Shown here in pieces: positions 36,843 through 43,697 of a DNA stretch of 45,434 nucleotides; positions within the stretch are counted from its first letter, which is position 1; the number at the start of each line of letters is the position of its first letter. The DNA is taken from positions 1-45,434 of the IMG/VR virus record IMGVR_UViG_3300016478_000286; one strand, 5' to 3'. Under the pieces are notes generated by a model. It was not told where the DNA came from. It saw only the letters and a list, made by a program, of their open reading frames with translations, and made no database searches. Position numbers and translations under genes: made by a program. The DNA comes from a virus. Taxonomy: Duplodnaviria > Caudoviricetes.

Positions 36843-37190
36843 ATCTATCACTCTGTATGCTTTTAAAAAAAAGCGTGTCATTCATCCGATTCGAGACTCA
36901 GGGAATACGAAACAGGGTAAATGTACCCAGACTAAAAACAAATCGCTCCACGGGCCGGAAAACCCATATTTTTGGCCGGAAAAACTTGGGATGCAATATA
37001 TCGCCCCCCCCGCCCCCGCCGGGGGCATTGGGCTCAAACCGTCCGAGACAGGGAGCCGCTGAAAAAGTTCTCAAATTTGAGTAACCGAGACTAAGATTGT
37101 CAAGGCTGAAACCAGACAGAAGGAAGCCGCTCTCCATCGGTACGAACCGCCCAGGCCTCTCCTCTCACTGATCGGTTGGGTAGGGGTTGG

Positions 37191-37218
37191 GGTTCCCCTT
37201 TCTTCTGTTATGTTAACT
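37191..37218 (+). other. dif-like site candidate
   Basis: GGTTCCCCTTT-CTTCTG-TTATGTTAACT. The right arm is 10/11 identical to the E. coli XerD arm TTATGTTAAAT. Confidence 0.35.
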
Positions 37219-37225
37219 CTAAGGG

Positions 37226-37406
37226 TTGGCATGGTTTTTGAATGTAGGTTTTGAAAACTCGTCAAAGGTGTCAAATTTTTCTTTGGCATGAAACTTGATA
37301 GTAGGTTTTACTTGCTCTTTGGCATGGTTTTTGAATAGGAGTTTTGTTTGGCATGAAACTTGATTGTGAGATACCTGCTAAAACTTCCTATCAATTCTCA
37401 TGCCAA
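37226..37406. repeat. Five TTGGCATG-N4-TTGA motifs (sigma54 -24/-12-like)
   Basis: + copies at 37226, 37283, 37319, 37348 (spacers GTTT, AAAC, GTTT, AAAC). - copy at 37391-37406. Confidence 0.85.
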
Positions 37407-37528
37407 CAAAAAGAGGCGGTTTTTTCCCTTAAAAGTTCAGAAATATTTATTTATTGCTTCCTGATATTTTTTTTGAAGACGGCCTATTTAAGCGGTTTTA
37501 CATGCTGAAAGAAAAATAAAATAAGGCG

Positions 37529-37556
37529 TTGACATTTATCTTGAAGGGTGTATCAT
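37529..37556 (+). promoter_or_regulatory. Early promoter PE1
   Basis: A-rich UP element, TTGACA-16-TATCAT. Confidence 0.75.
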
Positions 37557-37593
37557 ATGTTTAGGCTGAACGTGAAGCCCAAAGGAGAGAGAT

Positions 37594-37932
37594 ATGGCTG
37601 TAAAAGGAGTCAGGTACATGAAGACCGGTTCAGAAAAGGTGGAGTACTTGAAGGTATTCTCCGAAGCGGCTGGATTCGGGGAAGCATCCTACTGGTTCGG
37701 TACCGCCAAAGTGGTAACGATAGAATCGGAGCTTACCGGAGGGAACACCCGGGGAGCCATCATTGTAAACACGGCGACACTATTGGTTTCCCCGAAAGCG
37801 GTGGATGTTCTGCTTACAGCGTTGTCGGATTTCGAGGGCTTTTCGGAGAAGGACGACCTAATGAGGCTCCATTCTGGTGACTTGCTGGTCGAGAAAGAAA
37901 CAGGGAGAGGCTTCGGAATCCTCTTCTCGTAA
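37594..37932 (+). CDS. Early hypothetical protein
   Basis: AAGGAG RBS, first gene after PE1. Confidence 0.7.
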   Translation: MAVKGVRYMKTGSEKVEYLKVFSEAAGFGEASYWFGTAKVVTIESELTGGNTRGAIIVNTATLLVSPKAVDVLLTALSDFEGFSEKDDLMRLHSGDLLVEKETGRGFGILFS

Positions 37933-37946
37933 AGTAAGGCTCTTGT

Positions 37947-38036
37947 GGAGGAGCAGAGCTGAAGAGTCTTTCCATGGTTCCCCTCTCATAGAGAGGGGAA
38001 ACACGGGAAGATTGTAAAGCCCGAGGAGAAGGAGAC
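37947..38036 (+). repeat. Intergenic hairpin element H1
   Basis: AGAGTCTTTCC..TTCCCCTCTC-ATA-GAGAGGGGAA..GGGAAGATT followed by an RBS. Confidence 0.8.
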
Positions 38037-38037
38037 A

Positions 38038-38370
38038 ATGAGAAAAACAAAGAGGAAAGCATATTATGGAACCGTCGGGGAGAGTAGTTACGCTTTTTGT
38101 GTCGACGGAGTCGACGGAGCGGACTTCTTTGGCTTGCCGTTTGTGCGGCGGATGGCAGTGCTAGACAAGCTGATCAAATTCGAGAAGGAACAAGCGAAAC
38201 ACGTATCCTACGTTAAGGGGAGTCAAAGAGCAGTAAGAGAGTGGGTCCGGGATAACAAGCCGAGTCAATTTTTTGCTTGGTGGAGCTCCGACGTCTACTG
38301 CTATGAGCGATTCTATTCAAATGGCTCAGTAAAAATATCTTACACGACGAAAGAGGAGGAGCAGAGCTAA
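38038..38370 (+). CDS. Early hypothetical protein
   Basis: 110 aa, AAGGAG RBS, flanked by H1 and H2. Confidence 0.7.
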   Translation: MRKTKRKAYYGTVGESSYAFCVDGVDGADFFGLPFVRRMAVLDKLIKFEKEQAKHVSYVKGSQRAVREWVRDNKPSQFFAWWSSDVYCYERFYSNGSVKISYTTKEEEQS

Positions 38371-38446
38371 AGAGTCTTTCCGGGTTTCCCCTCTCATAGA
38401 GAGGGGTTCCCCGGGTGGATTGTATAGCCCTTGAAGGAGAAGGAGA
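38355..38446 (+). repeat. Intergenic hairpin element H2 (close paralogue of H1)
   Basis: GGAGGAGCAGAGCT(A/G)AAGAGTCTTTCC...CCCCTCTCATAGAGAGGGG...GATTGTA shared with H1. Confidence 0.8.
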
Positions 38447-38456
38447 ATTGAAAACG

Positions 38457-38765
38457 ATGAAGAGACTCGGCAAAGGAAAAGAGTGGGAAATAACAGACCA
38501 GAATGGTGCCACTTGGCACTACAAGGCCGTCTCCCGGATGGAGCCGGTTCGGTTCGGCCGTCCAACATGGTCGGAATATGAAGAACCTTATCTGTGCTGG
38601 AACCGTCACCGTTACTATCTTTCGGAGTTCTTTGTTCGTCCTGAAGCGGGTTCTTCCGGCTTGTCCTTGTTCGATGGGATCTCTCCCCTCTCATACGGGT
38701 CCGGTGTAGGAGTCCGCTTAGGTGCGGATGGTGAAGGCCAACTAATCTATTTTTATGTTTCCTGA
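38457..38765 (+). CDS. Early hypothetical protein (paralogue of 40235-40594)
   Basis: EEPYLCWNRHRYYLSEF...GVGVRLGADGEGQLIYFYVS. Confidence 0.7.
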   Translation: MKRLGKGKEWEITDQNGATWHYKAVSRMEPVRFGRPTWSEYEEPYLCWNRHRYYLSEFFVRPEAGSSGLSLFDGISPLSYGSGVGVRLGADGEGQLIYFYVS

Positions 38766-38767
38766 CC

Positions 38768-38825
38768 GCTTCCTTTCCTCTTCTCCCCCTTGCCGACCAG
38801 GGGGGAGAGTAGGGGAGAAAGTAGC
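38768..38825 (+). repeat. Intergenic hairpin element H3
   Basis: CTTTCCTCTTCTCCCCCT-loop-AGGGGGGAGAGTAGGGGAG. Confidence 0.65.
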
Positions 38826-38846
38826 CCCCTGAAAGGAGAATCAGGA

Positions 38847-39065
38847 ATGACTAACGTAGAGAGAGGCTTAGAGGCTTGTAGAAAGAAAAAACAGGAGTAC
38901 CTTCTTGCGTCAATCAGGTGCTTAGTGAAAGATGAAAGGGAACTATTCTCTTTCTGGTGGGAGAAATGTGAAGAGGAAAAAGAAAAGGAAGGCCTTTTCC
39001 TCATGCTTCGCGAACTTATCGAAGAAAACAGGCCGGTCCCTGGTTTTCTTCCGGAAAGTAATTGA
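38847..39065 (+). CDS. Early hypothetical protein
   Basis: 72 aa, AAGGAG RBS. Confidence 0.6.
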   Translation: MTNVERGLEACRKKKQEYLLASIRCLVKDERELFSFWWEKCEEEKEKEGLFLMLRELIEENRPVPGFLPESN

Positions 39066-39089
39066 CGTTTCGAAAAAAAGGCATATCTT
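39062..39089 (+). promoter_or_regulatory. Early promoter PE2
   Basis: TTGACG-16-TATCTT. Confidence 0.65.
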
Positions 39090-39126
39090 AAAAGAGAGAA
39101 AGAACTAGTTAACATTGCCTGGATGT

Positions 39127-39175
39127 AGTCTTTCCTCTTGGGGACCTTCCTTGAGGGTCCCCTGTAGGGAAGATC
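39127..39175 (+). repeat. Intergenic hairpin element H4
   Basis: AGTCTTTCCT..GGGGACCTTC-CTT-GAGGGTCCCC..AGGGAAGAT. Confidence 0.75.
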
Positions 39176-39202
39176 GTATACCCCTTTGGAGGATGGAGAA
39201 CA

Positions 39203-39550
39203 ATGAACGTATTGATCGAGAACATGAAGAGTAACAGGACAGGAGAACCCGTAAAGAATCAAATGCTAGTTCACGTGTTTGATGAGGAGAAGAGCTTTTC
39301 CGTGTTTTTCTCTTACGAGACTAAAATATTTACGGTGGAAACGGACAACGAAACGGGGGAAAAGATTCTGACACTTGGAGAAAAGTTTGGCTATAGCGTC
39401 ACAACGGCGAAATACTCAAATCAAGCGCTGGAGCGTGTTCTTGGGGTTCCAGTCGACAAAAAGGTTCTGGAAAAGGCTCTAAAAAGCGGCTCTACAATGT
39501 TGGACCGATCAAAAAACCCAGTGAAGATAGTTGCAACGAAAGAGTTTTGA
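39203..39550 (+). CDS. Early hypothetical protein
   Basis: 115 aa. FSYETKI...YSVTTAKY motif is recurrent in small phage early proteins. Confidence 0.7.
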   Translation: MNVLIENMKSNRTGEPVKNQMLVHVFDEEKSFSVFFSYETKIFTVETDNETGEKILTLGEKFGYSVTTAKYSNQALERVLGVPVDKKVLEKALKSGSTMLDRSKNPVKIVATKEF

Positions 39551-39556
39551 GGATAA

Positions 39557-39608
39557 GAGTTTTTCCTTGGGAATCCCCTCTTCTGAGGGGATTCATAAGG
39601 GAGAATTC
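39557..39608 (+). repeat. Intergenic hairpin element H5
   Basis: GAGTTTTTCCTT..GAATCCCCTC-TTCT-GAGGGGATTC..AAGGGAGAATTC. Confidence 0.75.
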
Positions 39609-39632
39609 ACTGCCCTAAAAGGAGATCAGAGA

Positions 39633-40082
39633 ATGAAACATTTTAAACGTGGATGGGTGTCGAAAAACAAAGAGGGAGAATGGAAGGTTTTAATTGAAGA
39701 GGTGGTGAGAGACGATTACAGAGCCGAAAGCAAAGAAGATGCTCTCCGGATTCTTGCGTCGGAAAAAGAGCTTGAGGAGCTTAGGGGAGAGTTTTTCGCT
39801 TATGACCGTTTTCCTATCAAGGACGAAGAGGCCGAAATACTAGAAATACGGTACCGTGTCTTTTACAGCGGGTCAAGGCCGGACCTATGGGAAGAGTACG
39901 AGACCAGAGAAGAGGCTGAACAGTACGCCCTAGAACAAGCGAAAGAAATAGCGGAATGTAAGGGTATAGAACCAGAAGAGGTTTCTATTTACGGCGGTCC
40001 GATGGAACCGGAGGGTTGGGGAGCTTGTCCCCGAGACTGTTTGGAGGCCGGGTATCCGGAAATATCCATAATGCTTAAGTAA
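39633..40082 (+). CDS. Acidic early hypothetical protein
   Basis: 149 aa, very Glu-rich, AAGGAG RBS. Confidence 0.7.
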   Translation: MKHFKRGWVSKNKEGEWKVLIEEVVRDDYRAESKEDALRILASEKELEELRGEFFAYDRFPIKDEEAEILEIRYRVFYSGSRPDLWEEYETREEAEQYALEQAKEIAECKGIEPEEVSIYGGPMEPEGWGACPRDCLEAGYPEISIMLK

Positions 40083-40138
40083 TTAGTCTTTCCCCTAGTT
40101 CCCCTTCTCCCATGAGGGGGAACGGGGGGAAATGCTAA
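40083..40138 (+). repeat. Intergenic hairpin element H6
   Basis: TTAGTCTTTCCCCT.GTTCCCCTTC-loop-GAGGGGGAACGGGGGGAAA..CTAA. Confidence 0.75.
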
Positions 40139-40163
40139 ACCAGGAGGAAGAACGATTAAATAC

Positions 40164-40191
40164 TTGACATTTAGCCGAAAAGGAATATATT
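40164..40191 (+). promoter_or_regulatory. Early promoter PE3
   Basis: TTGACA-16-TATATT. Confidence 0.75.
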
Positions 40192-40234
40192 ATTAATAGG
40201 GAAGAAAGTAACTCCCTAACAGGAGAATAAGAGA

Positions 40235-40594
40235 ATGAAAAAAGCGTGGAAAACATTACCCGAGAGGAGACGGCCGATTAGGGAGACGCTGAAAAAAGGA
40301 GCGGTTTTTGAGAAGAGGCACCATGCTGGGAATGCATATGAGGTTTTTAGTTACAGAGTTTTGACAACGATGAAACGGATACGATACGGAGTTAATGGTC
40401 GAGAAGAGCCGTTTCTGTACTGGAATGGAGAGCGGTGGTATCTTTACGGGTTTGAACAGGCTAAAGGCCGATTAGCAGAGGTTTTAGACACGGCGAAGGA
40501 ATATTCCCATAGACCAGGAGGCATAGGAGTCCGCTTCGGGGCGGATGGGTATGGACAACTAGTGGAGTTTTACGTTTCTAAAGAAGAAAAATAA
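40235..40594 (+). CDS. Early hypothetical protein (paralogue of 38457-38765)
   Basis: EEPFLYWNGERWYLYGF...GIGVRFGADGYGQLVEFYVS. Confidence 0.7.
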   Translation: MKKAWKTLPERRRPIRETLKKGAVFEKRHHAGNAYEVFSYRVLTTMKRIRYGVNGREEPFLYWNGERWYLYGFEQAKGRLAEVLDTAKEYSHRPGGIGVRFGADGYGQLVEFYVSKEEK

Positions 40595-40614
40595 AGAGGG
40601 TCAAAAACTTAGCC

Positions 40615-40642
40615 TTGACATTTAGGCTAATCGGCATATCTT
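40615..40642 (+). promoter_or_regulatory. Early promoter PE4
   Basis: TTGACA-16-TATCTT. Confidence 0.75.
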
Positions 40643-40683
40643 GTTACAGAGAGAAAACTTAACTTACTCCTAGGAGGGAGAAG

Positions 40684-41148
40684 ATGAAAATGAGAACGCT
40701 TGAGAACAGGACAATTTTTCACAAGGACGGGACAATCTCTTACTATTCGAAGAGAAGAGACAGGTATCTTAGGCATGAGGCTTCGGTTGACGCCGATGAT
40801 ATGAAACATTTCGACGAGAAGACGGCGGTCAAAATCATTGACCGGATTTCAGAGAAGAGCCGGAAAAGGGGGGAACTTCGTAAATCTGTTGCGTGCCGTA
40901 TGTTTGAGACCGTTTTCTTCCATGAGGTCCGGTATCGCCTTGGCCGAGAGCCCCGAAAGGGGGAGCTCGGTTATCTTCTCCCAAACGGGGGAGGGATGTT
41001 TTTGAAGGCGGATATTCTGCGGCAAAGCACTGGGAGGTACATCCATGTTTTTCTAGGAGAAGAGCTTGCCTTCGTGTTTTACGACGACCACACCATCTCG
41101 ATGATAAAGAAGAGGGTAAAGGACTGGGTTGAGGACAGGATCCATTAA
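40684..41148 (+). CDS. Early hypothetical protein
   Basis: 154 aa, GGAGGGAG RBS. Confidence 0.7.
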   Translation: MKMRTLENRTIFHKDGTISYYSKRRDRYLRHEASVDADDMKHFDEKTAVKIIDRISEKSRKRGELRKSVACRMFETVFFHEVRYRLGREPRKGELGYLLPNGGGMFLKADILRQSTGRYIHVFLGEELAFVFYDDHTISMIKKRVKDWVEDRIH

Positions 41149-41195
41149 GAGTCTTTCCGGCCTACCCCTCCGGGAGGAGGGGATGGCCGGGTGGA
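41147..41195 (+). repeat. Hairpin element H7 (49 bp identical to H8)
   Basis: AAGAGTCTTTCCGGCCTACCCCTCCGGGAGGAGGGGATGGCCGGGTGGA. Confidence 0.9.
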
Positions 41196-41222
41196 TTGTG
41201 CGACCAGAGGAGGAGGAGAAAA

Positions 41223-41483
41223 ATGAGAACGATCAGCGATAAGGAACTGCGAAAAATCGTTGAGAAGCACGGCAAGTTTTTGCGTGGAGAAGACGGAGGA
41301 GAGCGCGCATACCTGCGAGGGGCGAACCTTCGCGGGGCGAACCTGGCGGGGGCGGACCTCCACGGGGCGGTTCTAAACGGGGTAGACCTGACCGAGACGA
41401 ACCTTTTCGGGGCGAGCCTGGCGGGGGTGGACCTTCGAGAAGCGGTTCTGGTAGGAGATGACATAACCGGGGCAAAGCGGTGA
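41223..41483 (+). CDS. Pentapeptide repeat protein
   Basis: ISDKELRKIVEKHGKFL..GERAYLRGANLRGANLAGADLHGAVLNGVDLTETNLFGASLAGVDLREA. Confidence 0.9.
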   Translation: MRTISDKELRKIVEKHGKFLRGEDGGERAYLRGANLRGANLAGADLHGAVLNGVDLTETNLFGASLAGVDLREAVLVGDDITGAKR

Positions 41484-41531
41484 AGAGTCTTTCCGGCCTA
41501 CCCCTCCGGGAGGAGGGGATGGCCGGGTGGA
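41483..41531 (+). repeat. Hairpin element H8 (identical to H7)
   Basis: Exact 49-bp copy starting at the stop codon of the pentapeptide gene. Confidence 0.9.
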
Positions 41532-41579
41532 ACTCACGACCTGTGAGAAGGAGGAGGTGATATTAATCATAAAAATAGC

Positions 41580-41607
41580 TTGACATTTCGGACGGCGGGA
41601 ATATATT
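41580..41607 (+). promoter_or_regulatory. Early promoter PE5
   Basis: TTGACA-16-TATATT. Confidence 0.75.
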
Positions 41608-41639
41608 GTCTTATGAGACAAACAAAAGGAGGACGAAAA

Positions 41640-41852
41640 ATGAGAAGAGACAGAAGGTTTCAGCTTTTGTTCAACAGGGATAGGGTGGCCTTAATTCTGG
41701 ACTGCTTGGAACAAGCGAGAAGAACGTTTAGTGCGTCTGGCGAGAAGAGCGAGGAGGAGCTTGCCGAGATTGAAAAGCTGGAACATTCTTTTCGCCAGGT
41801 TCTGGCCTACGACGAGACGTTTAAGGAGATTTTCAAGGGGGGGGGCAAATGA
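41640..41852 (+). CDS. Small early protein (divergent member of the LTxxEL family)
   Basis: AGGAGG RBS; RFQLLFNRDRVALILDCL. Confidence 0.65.
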   Translation: MRRDRRFQLLFNRDRVALILDCLEQARRTFSASGEKSEEELAEIEKLEHSFRQVLAYDETFKEIFKGGGK

Positions 41853-42187
41853 GCATAATCCAAGCCGTTGCTTTTCCTTCTGCGTCTTCGTTGGTGCGTT
41901 GTGTGGATGATGAGGGGGATGGGTTTTTCACAACTTCATACTGGCTGAACGGGGCTTCGTTATGTTCTGTTAGCGGGTCCCTTTTTCCCGACAAGGGAGA
42001 ACAGCCTACTGTTTTTTTCTTCACCGAGAAGATGGTCGGGCCAGAAGTAGATGAGGCTTTTGCCGCTGTTACCTTTGATCTGTTCGGGAAGAGCTTTACT
42101 ATAGAAGAGGCGAAGGAATATTCTTTGACAGGAAAGCCGGTAAAGGTCAACAAGAGGACGGCGATTTTCCAGTGTATGCCATTCTAG
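41849..42187 (+). CDS. Hypothetical protein
   Basis: 112 aa, ATGA-coupled. Confidence 0.6.
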   Translation: MSIIQAVAFPSASSLVRCVDDEGDGFFTTSYWLNGASLCSVSGSLFPDKGEQPTVFFFTEKMVGPEVDEAFAAVTFDLFGKSFTIEEAKEYSLTGKPVKVNKRTAIFQCMPF

Positions 42188-42198
42188 GAGGGCGCTGA

Positions 42199-42396
42199 AT
42201 GAGCGACGACAAGAAGCAAGTTCAGGTTTCGTTTACCAGGAAAGAACTTTGTGATTTAGACGTGGCTCTGTGTCTGGCCGAGGATGAGCTAACTGATTGG
42301 GGGTTAAAGAGACCATTGAGGTTTAAGGATCTTAGGATAAAAATTTTGGCAAGCATACCTTTTTTGACGGAGGAAGAGGAGGATACTGATGCCTGA
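42199..42396 (+). CDS. Small early protein (LTxxEL family)
   Basis: QVQVSFTRKELCDLDVAL. Confidence 0.65.
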   Translation: MSDDKKQVQVSFTRKELCDLDVALCLAEDELTDWGLKRPLRFKDLRIKILASIPFLTEEEEDTDA

Positions 42397-42694
42397 ATGG
42401 ATGAAGGCTGTAGTTGGACTAACGATTCTTGTTATCATGGTTTCTCTTTCGATGAGCCTTTTCGTTACAATAATTGCTTTAGCAAAGGCCATTTGGAGGA
42501 AGATAATAAAGAAGCGGTTCAGGGAGTTCACCACCGAGGAGCTTACGATAATTGTCATGGGGTTGGATTCCCTGTTGGAAGAAGGGCCGAACGAAGAAGG
42601 GAAAGAAAAGATTCTTCAGATAATCGATAGGGTCGATGAGGAGAAATGGGAAAAGCTAAAGGAGGAAGAGCATGAAAGGCTACTCGATTCGTAG
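42389..42694 (+). CDS. Membrane-anchored protein with an LTxxEL-family module
   Basis: N-terminal TM helix, then REFTTEELTIIVMGL. Confidence 0.65.
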   Translation: MPEWMKAVVGLTILVIMVSLSMSLFVTIIALAKAIWRKIIKKRFREFTTEELTIIVMGLDSLLEEGPNEEGKEKILQIIDRVDEEKWEKLKEEEHERLLDS

Positions 42695-42836
42695 GGTATG
42701 GTCAAGCTGGGGAATCTGGGATAACTTGAGAGGCGCCTGGGCGTTTGGGAGAAAGATGTTCCCGACGAAGGCGGCGGCCAGGAGGGCGTTGACTTTCGCA
42801 AACAAAGCGAATGACAAAACGCTTGACAAATATTAG
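42672..42836 (+). CDS. Small basic protein (54 aa, not in the ORF track)
   Basis: GGAGG RBS; MKGYSIRRVWSSWGIWDNLRGAWAFGRKMFPTKAAARRALTFANKANDKTLDKY. Confidence 0.55.
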   Translation: MKGYSIRRVWSSWGIWDNLRGAWAFGRKMFPTKAAARRALTFANKANDKTLDKY

Positions 42837-42850
42837 AACAGGCATATACT
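42823..42850 (+). promoter_or_regulatory. Early promoter PE6
   Basis: TTGACA-16-TATACT. Confidence 0.75.
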
Positions 42851-42869
42851 ATATATACGTGGAGGGAAC

Positions 42870-43016
42870 GTGGACGAGAAGACATGTTCTGCCTGTGGTG
42901 GGTCTGGATGGGTGGAGGAGGATGAAGTGAAAATGGCAAAGCTAATTTTAACTCCGTGGGAGAAGATCTGCGTGCGTGATTCTCTCCATTTTAACAGAAA
43001 AGAGATGAGGAGGTAA
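42870..43016 (+). CDS. Small protein (48 aa, not in the ORF track) with CxxCxGxG and an LTxxE module
   Basis: GGAGGG RBS, GTG start; MDEKTCSACGGSGWVEEDEVKMAKLILTPWEKICVRDSLHFNRKEMRR. Confidence 0.5.
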   Translation: MDEKTCSACGGSGWVEEDEVKMAKLILTPWEKICVRDSLHFNRKEMRR

Positions 43017-43020
43017 AAAA

Positions 43021-43416
43021 GTGAGAGAGTACAGGTTAATGCTTACGCCATACGAGATTGAGGTGGTGAAAAATGCTGTGTGGGATAAGTTACAGACAGC
43101 CCTAAATAACAGGGAAATCATGGAACGCGAACAGGCGTCAGACAGCGCAAGAGCTAGGAACGAGGCTTTTATCATAGCCGCAGAGGGGGTTGTCGAAGAG
43201 ATTGGGAAGAAAGACCTTGACGGCCTGTGCTACTATGAAGAGAGAGAGAGCATTGTTTTGAGATATTTACAAGCGATCATTAGCAACCGTGACGTTGAAG
43301 AGAACAAGAAGCGCCGTGAGATCTACGAGGAGAATAAGAAAGTGGCAATGAACCAGGCGTTTCAAGAGGAACTTGAAGACAGAGATATTTTTTTAAAAAC
43401 ACAGGAGGGAAAATGA
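43021..43416 (+). CDS. Early protein (LTxxEL family)
   Basis: EYRLMLTPYEIEVVKNAV. Confidence 0.7.
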   Translation: MREYRLMLTPYEIEVVKNAVWDKLQTALNNREIMEREQASDSARARNEAFIIAAEGVVEEIGKKDLDGLCYYEERESIVLRYLQAIISNRDVEENKKRREIYEENKKVAMNQAFQEELEDRDIFLKTQEGK

Positions 43417-43697
43417 CTAAAGAAAAGCAATGTGCTATGGACAAACGTGGGACGATTTCTATTAAGCTGACGCCGGAAGAATTGAGGATGCTCAAGCACT
43501 TTTTAAACGTTACATTAAATTCAGTACACACATACCTACAAGACGAAACCATTGGGACTCCGGAGCAAAAGGTGCACCTAATGCTGGCGACGATGGTTGC
43601 GCTTCGTGTTTATAGGGAGATCGTTGCGCCGTGCGTTGGGTGCGATGCGAAGAAGGTAGGAGAGGGCGATGTGGTTAAAAAGATCGACATCAACTAA
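43413..43697 (+). CDS. Early protein (LTxxEL family)
   Basis: TISIKLTPEELRMLKHFL. Confidence 0.65.
   Translation: MTKEKQCAMDKRGTISIKLTPEELRMLKHFLNVTLNSVHTYLQDETIGTPEQKVHLMLATMVALRVYREIVAPCVGCDAKKVGEGDVVKKIDIN

Noticed and set aside
36850-37200. tRNA or other known structured RNA gene in the control region
   Set aside because: No cloverleaf or T-loop GTTCRA signature found by eye. A covariance search would be needed to exclude other ncRNAs.
37226-37363. Mini-CRISPR array in the control region
   Set aside because: The units are only 16 bp with irregular periods (57, 36, 29), alternate between two variants, and include an inverted copy nearby.
37947-41531. Hairpin repeats as a CRISPR array or canonical integron attC sites
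   Set aside because: The repeats are separated by whole genes of variable length, not 30-40 nt spacers. They lack RYYYAAC/GTTRRRY ends, and the recombinase lacks an evident IntI-specific insertion. Only the looser cassette hypothesis is kept.
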